From contig MABC01000070.1 in assembly GCA_002162925.1 (NCBI GenBank), positions 15,689-79,688 on the forward strand: a stretch of DNA of 64,000 bases, given 5' to 3'. This document shows positions 31,941 to 41,644 of the stretch, piece after piece. Position 1 is the stretch's first letter. Every line of letters starts with the position of its first letter. The position numbers and the translations under genes are program-made. The notes under the pieces are model-generated. The model was not told the origin of the DNA, did no database searches, and saw only the letters and a program-made list of their open reading frames with translations. This DNA comes from Thalassotalea sp. 42_200_T64 (GTDB lineage: Bacteria; Pseudomonadota; Gammaproteobacteria; Enterobacterales; Alteromonadaceae).

Positions 31941-32768
31941 ATGAGTAAAAAATCCATTCTTATTACTGGTTGTTCCTCTGGCATTGGTTTAGATGCCGCA
32001 AAGACGTTAGTAAAAAAAGGCTATCAGGTTTTTGCTACTGCGAGAAAGAAAAAAGATGTTGATTCGTTAATCTCGCTTGGCTTTACGGCGTTTCGCTTAG
32101 ATCTTAGTGACAGCCAATCAATAATGTTGGCAGTGAAACATGTATTGGAAATTACCGGCGGCACCCTGGATTATTTATTTAATAATGGCGCTTACGGTCA
32201 ACCAGGAGCGATAGAAGATTTATCCACCCAGGTATTACGTCAGCAATTTGAAGCCAACGTCTTTGGTTGGCATGATTTAACCACACAAGTAATAAAAATA
32301 ATGCGCCAGCAAGGCCATGGCAGGATTGTGCAAAACAGTTCGGTATTAGGTTTTGTTTGTATGCCGTATAGAGGTGCCTATAATGCATCAAAGTTTGCCA
32401 TAGAAGGGCTAACTGACACTTTACGACTCGAGTTAGCTGGCAGTAATATTCAAGTGAGTCTATTGCAACCAGGGCCGATTAACACCAACTTCAGAAAAAA
32501 TGCTCTTACCGCATTAAAGCAAAACATTGACTGGCAAAACAGTATTCATTTAAACAAATATCAAAAACAAATTGAGCGTTTAGCCAGCTCTGATCCTGCC
32601 AGCGGTTTTACCCTTGAACCTGCAGCGGTCACTAAAGCATTAATTCACGCTTTAGAAAGTCACAGACCCAAGGCAAGGTATCGTATTACTTACCCAACTA
32701 AGCTATTTACCTTGTTAAAGCGCATATTACCAACCCGTTGGCTAGATGCTTTGTTAGCCAAGGGGTAG
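31941..32768 (+). CDS. Short-chain dehydrogenase/reductase (YbbO-like)
   Basis: TGCSSGIG, NNGAYG, YNASK. Confidence 0.9.
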   Translation: MSKKSILITGCSSGIGLDAAKTLVKKGYQVFATARKKKDVDSLISLGFTAFRLDLSDSQSIMLAVKHVLEITGGTLDYLFNNGAYGQPGAIEDLSTQVLRQQFEANVFGWHDLTTQVIKIMRQQGHGRIVQNSSVLGFVCMPYRGAYNASKFAIEGLTDTLRLELAGSNIQVSLLQPGPINTNFRKNALTALKQNIDWQNSIHLNKYQKQIERLASSDPASGFTLEPAAVTKALIHALESHRPKARYRITYPTKLFTLLKRILPTRWLDALLAKG

Positions 32769-32851
32769 ACCCAGCTTCAGCAGAGGTTTATTTATAGAGA
32801 TTTTCTTCGCGTCAGCACTCAGTGAAATTATTTTTTAAATTTAAATCTAAG

Positions 32852-33259
32852 CTACTTGCGACTAGGTTCAAAAGAGTCGTACCTAGGTAACTTAGCATCC
32901 AGGTTTTCCCAGTTGGCTTTTGACGATACAAAATTATGGGAAATGGGCTTTTCTGCTATATCTGAGTCCAGTATACCTAATCTTATTCTAAAACGTGTTG
33001 GATCTTGTGCATTTGAGCTATACACAGGTGAACCACAATTCGAACAAAAATGTCGGTTACGCCCGGGCTTAAATGAAAATGTACTTATACTGTTCTTGCC
33101 TGAGGTAATTTCGAATTCAGTCGAATTTATAAAGCCATTTGTCGCAAAAGCGGTACCGCTATTTTTCCTGCACAAAGAGCAATGGCAATGGATTATGTCA
33201 GTTATTTCGCCGTTGATTTGTATCTGTACTGCTCCACACAAACATTTTCCTAGATACAT
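32852..33259 (-). CDS. GFA/CENP-V family Zn-binding protein
   Basis: GKCLCG, HCHCSLCRK, RHFCSNCGS; SD AAGGAG. Confidence 0.9.
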   Translation of the reverse strand: MYLGKCLCGAVQIQINGEITDIIHCHCSLCRKNSGTAFATNGFINSTEFEITSGKNSISTFSFKPGRNRHFCSNCGSPVYSSNAQDPTRFRIRLGILDSDIAEKPISHNFVSSKANWENLDAKLPRYDSFEPSRK

Positions 33260-33305
33260 TTATTACTCCTTTACCTTGCTATGATTTTTTGATGCTTATC
33301 CAAAA

Positions 33306-33647
33306 CTAGCTCAGCCTATTTGCCCACTTGCCATTATGCTGTTTTTCACAATTTTCTTCAGTGTCATAAGAGATGTGTGCAACCACATTCTTCAAGTTTA
33401 CACCCATGCCATGAAGTTTTACCTGAATTAGAGAAGTAAGTTCTTTTTTGCTACCTTTAGACAGAAATAGAGCAAGGTTTTCATTGCTATCGAAAATACA
33501 AACAACCTTTAAACTTTCAGGGAAATTGGCATAATTAACCAGATGGGTTAGCCATTGAAAGCCGTCAATTTCCTTCAACGCGGTTTCACATACATCCGTT
33601 AACGCCGTTCTAAGTTGATTATCAATTTTCTTATCGGTTTTACGCAT
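33306..33647 (-). CDS. Conserved hypothetical protein
   Basis: 113-aa ORF MRKTDKKIDNQLR..VCE..GFQWLTHLVNY..FP.SL, resembling a small Alteromonadales/Vibrio family. Confidence 0.75.
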   Translation of the reverse strand: MRKTDKKIDNQLRTALTDVCETALKEIDGFQWLTHLVNYANFPESLKVVCIFDSNENLALFLSKGSKKELTSLIQVKLHGMGVNLKNVVAHISYDTEENCEKQHNGKWANRLS

Positions 33648-33656
33648 AGTTATTTA

Positions 33657-34058
33657 TTATTCATTATTTGAATATACGGTTAATATCGGAAATTTACTTT
33701 CGCCAAATGAAATCGTTGTGGATTGAGTTTCATTGCCTGAAAAATTCAATTTGATCTCCGATGGGCTTCTTCGAAAACCATCAGCAAATAGCGCCATTAT
33801 ATGTTTATGCTCTAATACCCGGTTACCCGATGAAGTGTTGAATAAAGTGATAACGGCGAAACGCTCACCGATTTCATTACTCATAAGAACATAATTAACG
33901 ACTTCGAAATCACTTTCCTTTGGCTCTATATTATTTTCATTTGGAAAAGAAAGTTGAATATTAGCGGTTACTGAACGATCAACATTTAACACTGCACTTT
34001 CATCAGCAAGGGTTGAAAATGAAAAGCATAGTAATGCAGTAAAAATAAACTTAAAGAT
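33657..34058 (-). CDS. Exported hypothetical protein; start codon probably mutated (ATC)
   Basis: SD CAGGAG followed by ATC-TTT-AAG (I/M-FKFIFTALLCFSFSTLA signal peptide). The ORF-track ATG at 34145 would run through the yefM promoter. Confidence 0.6.
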   Translation of the reverse strand: MFKFIFTALLCFSFSTLADESAVLNVDRSVTANIQLSFPNENNIEPKESDFEVVNYVLMSNEIGERFAVITLFNTSSGNRVLEHKHIMALFADGFRRSPSEIKLNFSGNETQSTTISFGESKFPILTVYSNNE

Positions 34059-34122
34059 AACGGTGTCTCCTGAAATATTAAAAATTTTTTTAATTTGCTT
34101 GTTATGTGCTCGTATTCTATAA

Positions 34123-34140
34123 TGTACTGAAAACCGTACA
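34123..34140. promoter_or_regulatory. YefM autoregulatory operator next to a -10 element
   Basis: TATAAT followed by the TGTAC-N8-GTACA inverted repeat upstream of yefM. Confidence 0.55.
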
Positions 34141-34160
34141 TGCACGTTTTGGAGTTTGAT

Positions 34161-34412
34161 ATGGATGCAATAAGTTACACATCTGCAAGAGCAAACCTAG
34201 CGAATACAATGGCACAAGTTTGCAATGACCATAGCCCTATAATCATCACTAGAAAGAGCGAAGAGCCTGTCGTTATGATTTCTTTAGAGGATTATAATGC
34301 AATGCAAGAAACAACATATTTACTTAGATCTCCAGCTAACGCAAGAAATTTACTTGAATCAATTGCAGAGCTCGAAGCCGGTAACGGTACTGAGAGAGAG
34401 CTCATTGAATGA
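34161..34412 (+). CDS. yefM: Type II antitoxin YefM
   Basis: MDAISYTSARANLA..DHSPIIITR..ETTYLLRSPANARNL. Confidence 0.93.
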   Translation: MDAISYTSARANLANTMAQVCNDHSPIIITRKSEEPVVMISLEDYNAMQETTYLLRSPANARNLLESIAELEAGNGTERELIE

Positions 34413-34669
34413 AATTAACATTCTCTACTAAGGCTTGGGAACAATATTTATATTGGCAAAGCGTAGATAAAAAAATATTAAAACGAATCAATACGTTAAT
34501 TAAAGATATACAAAGGTCACCTTACGAAGGAATAGGAAAGCCAGAGCCATTAAAACATGGTTTGGCTGGTTATTGGTCACGGCGAATAAATGATGAACAT
34601 AGAATTGTTTATAAACACCATGCAGATACTATCTTAATCGCGCAACTACGCTACCACTACGGCACATAA
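34409..34669 (+). CDS. yoeB: Type II toxin YoeB (Txe)
   Basis: GIGKPEPLKH..YWSRRINDEHRIVY..RYHY; ATGA overlap with yefM. Confidence 0.94.
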   Translation: MKLTFSTKAWEQYLYWQSVDKKILKRINTLIKDIQRSPYEGIGKPEPLKHGLAGYWSRRINDEHRIVYKHHADTILIAQLRYHYGT

Positions 34670-34671
34670 TG

Positions 34672-35394
34672 TCAAAGTGCATAACTTAGCCCTAATAGGA
34701 TCAGCATCACCCCTAATGCTTTACTGAGAACTTCGCCCTGAGGAAGGGCTTTTTCAATCATCACCATGATTGTTAGAATTAAAATCCAGGTTAAATTCAT
34801 AACCCCACTGACAAACAAAATTGCCATTAGCATCAAGCAACAGCCGACACAGTAGGTGCCATGGTGTAAGCCTAAATAGATTGCACTTAACTTACCTTCT
34901 TTAAAATGACTATTGATCACTGCTAACGGTGAGCGGCATAATTGCAAACACCGCTGTTTAAATGGGGTGAATTGATAAATACCGGCAAGGATCAAGATAG
35001 AATAGCTGAAGGTTGCATTAGCACTGTCCATCATTGGCGTAAGCAGTGTTAAATGATGAAACCACCATTGCAGTAAGGTGATCAATAAGCTGTAACTTGC
35101 CCAGGCCAGAATGTAGCCTAAAGAAAAGAAAATTGGCGATGTGTAATTGCTGTTGTGTTGTTTTCGCTTTTGCGAAATTTTTTCAACCAGTAAAATGACC
35201 GGAATGGCCGATGGCAGCATCATACCCGCCATCATAATTGCCCAGATCAAAAACAGTAATGCAATGTCATAGGAGGACCAGGTGGCAACGGGTTCCATAT
35301 TCATGGTCATGCGATACAGCATGTAGTACCAACTTAAATAGATACATAAGAGAATGGTTACCAAAACCATTATCCGGTTAGCCGTGCCTTGCAA
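34672..35394 (-). CDS. DUF2182 metal-binding integral membrane protein
   Basis: WAIMMAGMMLPS, YQFTPFKQRCLQLCRSP, CVGCC..LM..GVMNL. Confidence 0.85.
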   Translation of the reverse strand: MQGTANRIMVLVTILLCIYLSWYYMLYRMTMNMEPVATWSSYDIALLFLIWAIMMAGMMLPSAIPVILLVEKISQKRKQHNSNYTSPIFFSLGYILAWASYSLLITLLQWWFHHLTLLTPMMDSANATFSYSILILAGIYQFTPFKQRCLQLCRSPLAVINSHFKEGKLSAIYLGLHHGTYCVGCCLMLMAILFVSGVMNLTWILILTIMVMIEKALPQGEVLSKALGVMLILLGLSYAL

Positions 35395-35427
35395 CTATGT
35401 TCCTCCTTTCATTAACTGTATTATTTG

Positions 35428-36047
35428 CTATGGCGTTGGCCAATTTACGATGGCTTTAGCGGCAGAGGTATCTGAATAATTAAACGCTATATCACCTTGT
35501 TGAACCTTTAACGTTGTGGTTTTTCCTATTGAGCCGTCATTCCACATAAAGCCACCGCTAGGGAAAGTGATATGAACTCTATTTTCTTCGCCGGTCACGG
35601 GGTTAATATGTGGTGTATGTCCAGCTTCTAATACCCCTTCTATCGAAACCGTTGACGTGTGGTCTTGTGGGTCGATGTCAATGTCACTAATTATAGGCCC
35701 TTCAAATGCGCTAAATAATGTAGCAATGGCTTCTACCGGCATACCACCCGCTTGACCAGACATTATGGTAGCTAAAGCCGTTACTTGTGCTTCACTTGCC
35801 GCTCGGTCAATAAATAATGCGCCACTACCATTGCCATCATGCATGGCTGCCGGCCAAGAGGCGACAAACACCATTTTTAATCCGCTTAGGTCCAAATCGT
35901 TAAAATGACCTTTAATTACCAGAAAACCTAAAATAGCATCACAACCACCATTGGCACTTGTTGGGGAGCCGCCAAACTGACAGCCACAACCACGGCTACA
36001 ATTACAACTTGATGCATTGATAATGCCCACGAATGATCACCCGACAT
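35428..36047 (-). pseudogene. DUF1326 protein, probably frameshifted near the 5' end
   Basis: CNCSRGCGCQF and WPAAMHDGNG motifs; the SD-linked ATG at 36047 (MSGDHSWALSMHQ) is out of frame with the Cys motif. Confidence 0.7.
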
Positions 36048-36159
36048 AGTGTATCCCCCCTTGAAAATAATGGTTAAAGTATAGTCCAATAAAATTGGAA
36101 TTCTTTATATTAAAAGTATTAAGATACCGGATAGTTCAACCACAACAATAAAGGCATTC

Positions 36160-36536
36160 ATAATGATCAGGCGGCAAATCCGGGAACGCGAAATCGTAAT
36201 TTTGATTCTTTGGCCCGCTTTATTAATATGCACGTAAGGGCAGGAGTGCCGCTGGAAAACATTGAACTTGCCATGGTGATACATGGCAAAGCCGGGATAG
36301 ATTTACTGAATGCTGAATCTTTTCAGCAGCGATTTGAGCAAACAAAAGTAAATGCCAGTGCAGACTTGATGAAACAGTTGCTCGCAAACAAGGTACAGGT
36401 ATTTATTTGTGGCCAGTCGGCGGCGTATTTGAAAATTAACAAGTCAGATTTGATCGACGGGGTCAGCATGTCATTATCGGCAATGACGGCCAATGCGTTA
36501 TTGCAGCAACAAGGCTTTACTTTAAACTCTTTTTAA
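36160..36536 (+). pseudogene. 5'-truncated DsrE-family protein
   Basis: NRNFDSLARFINMH..VIHG..FICGQS..SLSAMTA; no start codon or signal peptide upstream. Confidence 0.7.
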
Positions 36537-36591
36537 ATAGTTTATACATTAGAGTGCAATAAAGCCTTGCGATGAATGAGTTTACAGAGGG

Positions 36592-36852
36592 TTATTTAAG
36601 CAGCGCGTGACCTTCAGGTAATTGCTTTTGGATCCACAAAGCAAGTTTGTGTTTCATGCTCAATAAATCTTCTTGATCGCCAGCCAATGGGTGGATCATT
36701 TTGTCATTAACCAGTAAGCGATACAGCGCTTCTATTTTTTGCTTCGATGCATCGGTGGCTCCAAAGTTTTTATATCCTCTATTTACCGCGTAGGTTTCAC
36801 CAACCTTCAGGGCGGCTTTTAATAGTGCACTCTCGTTTTTTAGTTTTTTCAT
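36592..36852 (-). CDS. Small conserved protein (DUF5062-like)
   Basis: MKKLKNESALLKAAL..YAVNRGY..KHKLALWI. Confidence 0.75.
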   Translation of the reverse strand: MKKLKNESALLKAALKVGETYAVNRGYKNFGATDASKQKIEALYRLLVNDKMIHPLAGDQEDLLSMKHKLALWIQKQLPEGHALLK

Positions 36853-36898
36853 AAGCTTAAATAAACAATGATCCTGTTGTTAATGTTGTATTTATCGA

Positions 36899-37591
36899 CT
36901 AGCTTTGTAGGAATTCACATCGCGTTGCCGCATTGGTTTTAAAGCAACCGCTAAGGGCGGTGGTGGTGGTACTAGAATTTGCATCCATCACCCCACGTGC
37001 TTTTACACAATAATGCACGGCGTTCATGGTTACGGCAACATGTTCGGTATCTAATAATGCTTTTAACGCAATTAACAGTTGTTGAGTTAAGCGCTCTTGC
37101 ACTTGTGGTCGTTGCGCAAAAAATTTCACGATGCGATTAATTTTTGATAAACCAATAATTTTATCTTTTGGAATGTAGGCAACTTTGGCAAGGCCGTCAA
37201 TGGTGACAAAGTGATGCTCGCAGGTACTGGTTAAATTGATGTCTTTCACCATGATCATTTCATCCGCGGCCATTTTATTTTCAATGACGGTGATCTTCGG
37301 AAAGTTTGCATAATCTAATCCGGAGAAAATTTCCTGCACATACATTTTGGCAATACGATGCGGAGTTTCTTGTAAACTGTCGTCAGTTAAATCCAGTCCC
37401 AGAGCTTCAGTGATTTCAGTAAAGGCGAATTTAATTTTTTGGTACTTTTCATCATTAGTTAAAGCCCGATCATTATGCATTGGGGTTTCCAAACCGGCGG
37501 TAATTAACGCCGTTTGAACAATTTTGGCTTGCTCTGACAGCTCGCCATGATTTCGTATTAGCGCAATTTTTTTCGCTTGGGCTGGGCTCAT
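36899..37591 (-). CDS. folE: GTP cyclohydrolase I
   Basis: [41 protein letters not shown]. Confidence 0.96.
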   Translation of the reverse strand: MSPAQAKKIALIRNHGELSEQAKIVQTALITAGLETPMHNDRALTNDEKYQKIKFAFTEITEALGLDLTDDSLQETPHRIAKMYVQEIFSGLDYANFPKITVIENKMAADEMIMVKDINLTSTCEHHFVTIDGLAKVAYIPKDKIIGLSKINRIVKFFAQRPQVQERLTQQLLIALKALLDTEHVAVTMNAVHYCVKARGVMDANSSTTTTALSGCFKTNAATRCEFLQS

Positions 37592-37707
37592 AATATTTTT
37601 CTCATCATTAATGGTTACAGACTTGGTGTTCTTTTTGCCACCAACAATACCATTCCGTATATGCAGTTCTAAGTGGGTAAATCATTTTAGGGATTGGTAT
37701 GTATGCT

Positions 37708-38433
37708 TTAAGCTAAGTGTCTGCCGCCGTCTAAGTGTATAGTAGTTCCGGTGATATACCTACTATTTAACAGATATTGCACCGCTTCCACACCTTCTCC
37801 TGCCCCCGGTGTTATTTGCATCAGTGATTTCTTTAATGCTTTTTGTTGGTAGTTATCGTCATCATCTGCATTAAACATTAATAGTGAGGGTGCAATAGAG
37901 TTTACTTTCACCAGAGGCGCTAACAAGGTCGAAAACGACAAGGTTAAATTGGCTAACGCGGCTTTGCTGGCGGCATAGGCAATATGTTTTTTACTGCCTT
38001 TATCGACAATATAATCGGTTAAGTGGATGATATCTGCGGCGCTGTTTGCTTGCCGTTGGTAGTTTAATAGTAATGGCTGTAAGCCAAGATTTAATTGATA
38101 CGGGGCTTGTACATGCACTTGCAGCATTTTCGCCATCACTTCACTAGGTTTGAGTTCAGCAGATTCTGCCATCCAGTCTGAGGCATTATGGATAATCGCT
38201 TTTAAGCTTTGGTATTGTGCAGTTATCAACTGGTTAAAGGCTTGTATGCCGTCATCGTTAGCAAAATCGCCCTGAATGCAATGTACACCTAACTCTCGCA
38301 ACTGTTGAATTTGCGGATGGTCAGTGCGGTAACTTATTACTACTGGAGTTTCAATACAGTGCAGAGCTTTTGCCAACGCAAAGCCTAAGCGCTTACCTGC
38401 ACCGGTAATTAAAATGGCATTATTAAGCATCAT
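37708..38433 (-). CDS. folM: Dihydromonapterin reductase
   Basis: ILITGAGKRLG, HNASDW, GSKKHIAYAASK, LDGGRHL. Confidence 0.92.
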   Translation of the reverse strand: MMLNNAILITGAGKRLGFALAKALHCIETPVVISYRTDHPQIQQLRELGVHCIQGDFANDDGIQAFNQLITAQYQSLKAIIHNASDWMAESAELKPSEVMAKMLQVHVQAPYQLNLGLQPLLLNYQRQANSAADIIHLTDYIVDKGSKKHIAYAASKAALANLTLSFSTLLAPLVKVNSIAPSLLMFNADDDDNYQQKALKKSLMQITPGAGEGVEAVQYLLNSRYITGTTIHLDGGRHLA

Positions 38434-38436
38434 TAA

Positions 38437-38841
38437 TTAATTTCGTTTAGCACTTAACGTAAGCGAAACCGAATCGGCAAAGCGTAAAGCATACGGCTTT
38501 TCAACCGTAACTTTGGCTCTGGTGACCAGCTCAGATGCCATGGAAATTTCGAGTAAATCTGCAGTGAGTTTTTCCAACAGCTTAAAATTGCCATGTTCAA
38601 CATGAGTGATCATGGCTTTGGTAATGGTCTTATAATTGAGTGCTTGGGTTGCTTCATCGCTTGAGCATGCATTTCCTGCCGGATAGCTGATTTGAGCATT
38701 AATCACTATGTCTTGCTGCTTGCTTATCTCTTCCGGGTTAAAACCAATATAAGTGCGCAACCTTAAGTTAATGATATCTATAGTGGCATCTTCCATCACT
38801 AGCGTTTTGCTTTTACTTTGTATGTTTTGCACTGAACTCAT
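38437..38841 (-). CDS. folX: Dihydroneopterin triphosphate 2'-epimerase
   Basis: NLRLRTYIG..KQQDIVIN..ALNYKTITK..LLEKL..KPYALRFADSVS. Confidence 0.92.
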   Translation of the reverse strand: MSSVQNIQSKSKTLVMEDATIDIINLRLRTYIGFNPEEISKQQDIVINAQISYPAGNACSSDEATQALNYKTITKAMITHVEHGNFKLLEKLTADLLEISMASELVTRAKVTVEKPYALRFADSVSLTLSAKRN

Positions 38842-39009
38842 TGCTATCCCTTACATCAATTCTTTTTTATGCTTTCTTCAGTATAACAAGTTGGTCGCAC
38901 ATTGATACGAGTGAAAATGATTTTGTCGAGATAAAAAAAGAGTAAAGCGTTAAACGTTTTACTCTTGTTTTTTCTGGAGTGAGAATAGTCTAAATAACCT
39001 GGGCTCAGC

Positions 39010-39882
39010 TTAAATGGTTTGCATGCCAGCAATTTCATGCCAATAACCGTTGGCATGATTTGTCGGTAATTTTCGATATTCGCTATGTTGCTCCCGGGCA
39101 ATGAAGTCATCGAGTATGGTAAAGGTATTTTCTGCTTGTGGGCTGATGCGAATGACATCAATGAGATTTTCCATGCTGGCAATATCATTGCTTAAGTTAT
39201 AGCAATCGCCCGACATGGTTTGAATGCCGTTTAACACAAACAATTGTTTATCTTCCTGGCTATCCACTAATCGGCCTCTGGGGTAATTGATACAACACAA
39301 CTGGCACTCATCTTTGCTTTTGTTTTCACTTCTGGCAGTAAAGCAGCGGGCCGAATAGGCCAGAGGCAAATGCCCGTATGCTTGAATTTCGACTTCAAAT
39401 TTGGCGCGTAAATTTTGGCTGTCTAACTCATCTAAGGTTTGTTTTATCCAGTCGCGACCAAGTTCAACCGGGGTAACCCAGCGTTGCATACCCATGCCAA
39501 GCAGGCGCTTTAACGCCGGCGCATTGTAAGCATTAATCGCTTGTCCACAAACAAACTCTACCTTATTTTGCCGGCAAAGTTCTATGGCACCGACATCATT
39601 GGCTTCAATAATAAACTCACCATTGGCGCAATATTTTTGCAGTAACATCACCTCCGATGGTGCTTCCAGCAAGGCCATCGTCGACAGCACGATTTGTTTG
39701 TTGGTTTTGGCTAATTCTTTGGCCAGGTTCAACCAGTCTTTTTGGCGCAATTCCCGGCGCTTTGAACAAACCGTTTCGCCTAAGTAAATGATATCGGCGT
39801 TCGATGTTGCCGCTTGTTGATAAAACTCTGCAATTGTTGCTTTGGGCCAATAATATTGATTGGCCCCTAATGAAAATTTCAT
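39010..39882 (-). CDS. ubiV: O2-independent ubiquinone biosynthesis protein UbiV (U32 family)
   Basis: YYWPK, YLGETVCSKRR, LPLAYSARCFTAR, NGIQT. Confidence 0.93.
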   Translation of the reverse strand: MKFSLGANQYYWPKATIAEFYQQAATSNADIIYLGETVCSKRRELRQKDWLNLAKELAKTNKQIVLSTMALLEAPSEVMLLQKYCANGEFIIEANDVGAIELCRQNKVEFVCGQAINAYNAPALKRLLGMGMQRWVTPVELGRDWIKQTLDELDSQNLRAKFEVEIQAYGHLPLAYSARCFTARSENKSKDECQLCCINYPRGRLVDSQEDKQLFVLNGIQTMSGDCYNLSNDIASMENLIDVIRISPQAENTFTILDDFIAREQHSEYRKLPTNHANGYWHEIAGMQTI

Positions 39883-39893
39883 AACTATCCCCT

Positions 39894-40889
39894 TTATTGC
39901 CAGCTGCGGTGATAAGCACCCAGAGTGGTTTGCGAGCCTTCAGAAATGTTGCCAAGCTCTGTCATCCAACTTGGGTCGGCTCGATAATTTTCTGGGTCTT
40001 GTTGATATTTATCAAGCGCCTGACGCCATAATCGGGTGACGGTAGCAACGTATGCCGGGCTGCGTTGCCGGCCTTCAATTTTTACTGAGGCGATATTGGC
40101 TTTGGCCAATTCAGGAATTAAATCTATGGTGTTCAAACTGGTAGGCTCTTCCAAAGCATGGTAAAGATTATCATCAACCTTGAAGCGGCCTTTACACAGT
40201 GTCGGGTACCCCGCATTCTCATCATCCTGGTAACGGTCGATCAATACATCGTTTAGACGCGACTCTAAACCATCATCGGTTTGTTGCCAGTTTACATATT
40301 TGGCTGGGGAGCATGCGCCAACCGTATTGGGGCTTTCGCCGGTTAAATACGAAGATAAGTAACAACGACCTTCCGCCATAATACACAAGCTGCCAAAGGC
40401 AAAGACTTCCAATTCAATATCGGTTTGCCGTGACAATTGTTTTACTTGTTGCAATGACAACACCCGTGGCAATACCACTCGGTGAATATTGAAATTGTTA
40501 CGGTAGAAATCGATCGCCGCTTTGTTGGTTGCCGACGCCTGTACTGACAGGTGGATCTCGGCCTGTGGATATTTATCTGCGGCATAATCCAGCACCGCCA
40601 TATCGGCAATGATCAATGCTTTGGCACCAATATCTACCGCTTTGTCAACACTGTACTTCCAGGCTTTAAAATCACCAGGGCGGGCAAAGGTATTAATGGC
40701 AATATGCAAATCTTTATTTTGCTGATTGATCAGATTCGCCGCTTGTAAAATACGCTTATCGTTAAAGTTTAAGCCGGCAAAATGGCGAGCATTGGTTTCA
40801 TTGTTCATACCAATAAAAATTGCATCGGCGCCATGCTCTAACGCCGCTTTTACCGCGGGTAAACTGCCAGCAGGGCAAAGTAATTCCAT
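39894..40889 (-). CDS. ubiU: O2-independent ubiquinone biosynthesis protein UbiU
   Basis: MELLCPAG, FGSLCIMAEGRCYLSSY, KIEGRQRSPAY. Confidence 0.95.
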   Translation of the reverse strand: MELLCPAGSLPAVKAALEHGADAIFIGMNNETNARHFAGLNFNDKRILQAANLINQQNKDLHIAINTFARPGDFKAWKYSVDKAVDIGAKALIIADMAVLDYAADKYPQAEIHLSVQASATNKAAIDFYRNNFNIHRVVLPRVLSLQQVKQLSRQTDIELEVFAFGSLCIMAEGRCYLSSYLTGESPNTVGACSPAKYVNWQQTDDGLESRLNDVLIDRYQDDENAGYPTLCKGRFKVDDNLYHALEEPTSLNTIDLIPELAKANIASVKIEGRQRSPAYVATVTRLWRQALDKYQQDPENYRADPSWMTELGNISEGSQTTLGAYHRSWQ

Positions 40890-40947
40890 AATGAGTCTCG
40901 GTTGTCATTGAAGATTAGTTAGTTTAAGCATTCAGCCATGGTTATAT

Positions 40948-40961
40948 TTGATTTGGATTAA
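40948..40961. promoter_or_regulatory. FNR site between the divergent ubiU and ubiT genes
   Basis: TTGAT-TTGG-ATTAA (9/10 match); ubiTUV are FNR-regulated in E. coli. Confidence 0.7.
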
Positions 40962-41027
40962 ACAATGGCAAGTTTTAATTTGTTATCTTGGTATTACTCA
41001 TGAATTTAATTTAATTGCCAAAAAACT

Positions 41028-41495
41028 ATGATCAATTTACCAAAAAAACTTGTGCCGCTACTGCCTAAAATTGCGGCCATAACCAGCCAAATAATTCCGG
41101 ATGTTATCCAGCAAAAAACCATTGAGTTGGCGATAAACAAAGTGTTAAAAGAGCAGTTAAGCGATGGCGAACTCGATTTTCTTGAACATGTTTTTTTAGA
41201 GATCAAAGTCACAGATGTGCAATGTTCGTGGTTTTTTACCGTCATCGATGAAGAAATTAAAGTGAGTAATGACCAGCCCCATAGCGATGTGGTAATTTCG
41301 GGTGAGTTTAATTCTTTTGTGTTAATGGCCTCGCAAACCGTAGATCCTGACACCTTGTTTTTTAAACGAAAATTGCTGATTGAAGGCGATGTAGAGTTAG
41401 GTTTGGCAATAAAGAACATGCTTGACCGGGTTGAATTATCACAACTGCCTGATTTACTGACCAAACCCATTGTCGCTTACGCCCAGTATTTATAG
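41028..41495 (+). CDS. ubiT: SCP2-domain ubiquinone accessory factor UbiT
   Basis: DGELDFLE, DPDTLFFKRKLLIEGDVELGLAIKN. Confidence 0.93.
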   Translation: MINLPKKLVPLLPKIAAITSQIIPDVIQQKTIELAINKVLKEQLSDGELDFLEHVFLEIKVTDVQCSWFFTVIDEEIKVSNDQPHSDVVISGEFNSFVLMASQTVDPDTLFFKRKLLIEGDVELGLAIKNMLDRVELSQLPDLLTKPIVAYAQYL

Positions 41496-41568
41496 CGCTT
41501 AATAGCAGCTTGCAAAGTTTAGGGATAAAATATGTTGGCATTGGTCAGGAGTTATGTATAATAACTCG

Positions 41569-41592
41569 AGATGTTTAGACGTCTAAACATCT
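41569..41592. promoter_or_regulatory. Three tandem Met boxes (MetJ operator)
   Basis: AGATGTTT-AGACGTCT-AAACATCT, a perfect 24-bp palindrome with a consensus central box, just after a TATAAT. Confidence 0.9.
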
Positions 41593-41644
41593 AACGGGCA
41601 ACATTCAATGATTGCTTAGTCAACGACTTAATTGGTAAACACAT

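Noticed and set aside
36899-41495. Functional link between folX-folM-folE and ubiUVT
   Set aside because: Both are known, independent modules separated by an intergenic gap; only adjacency supports a link.
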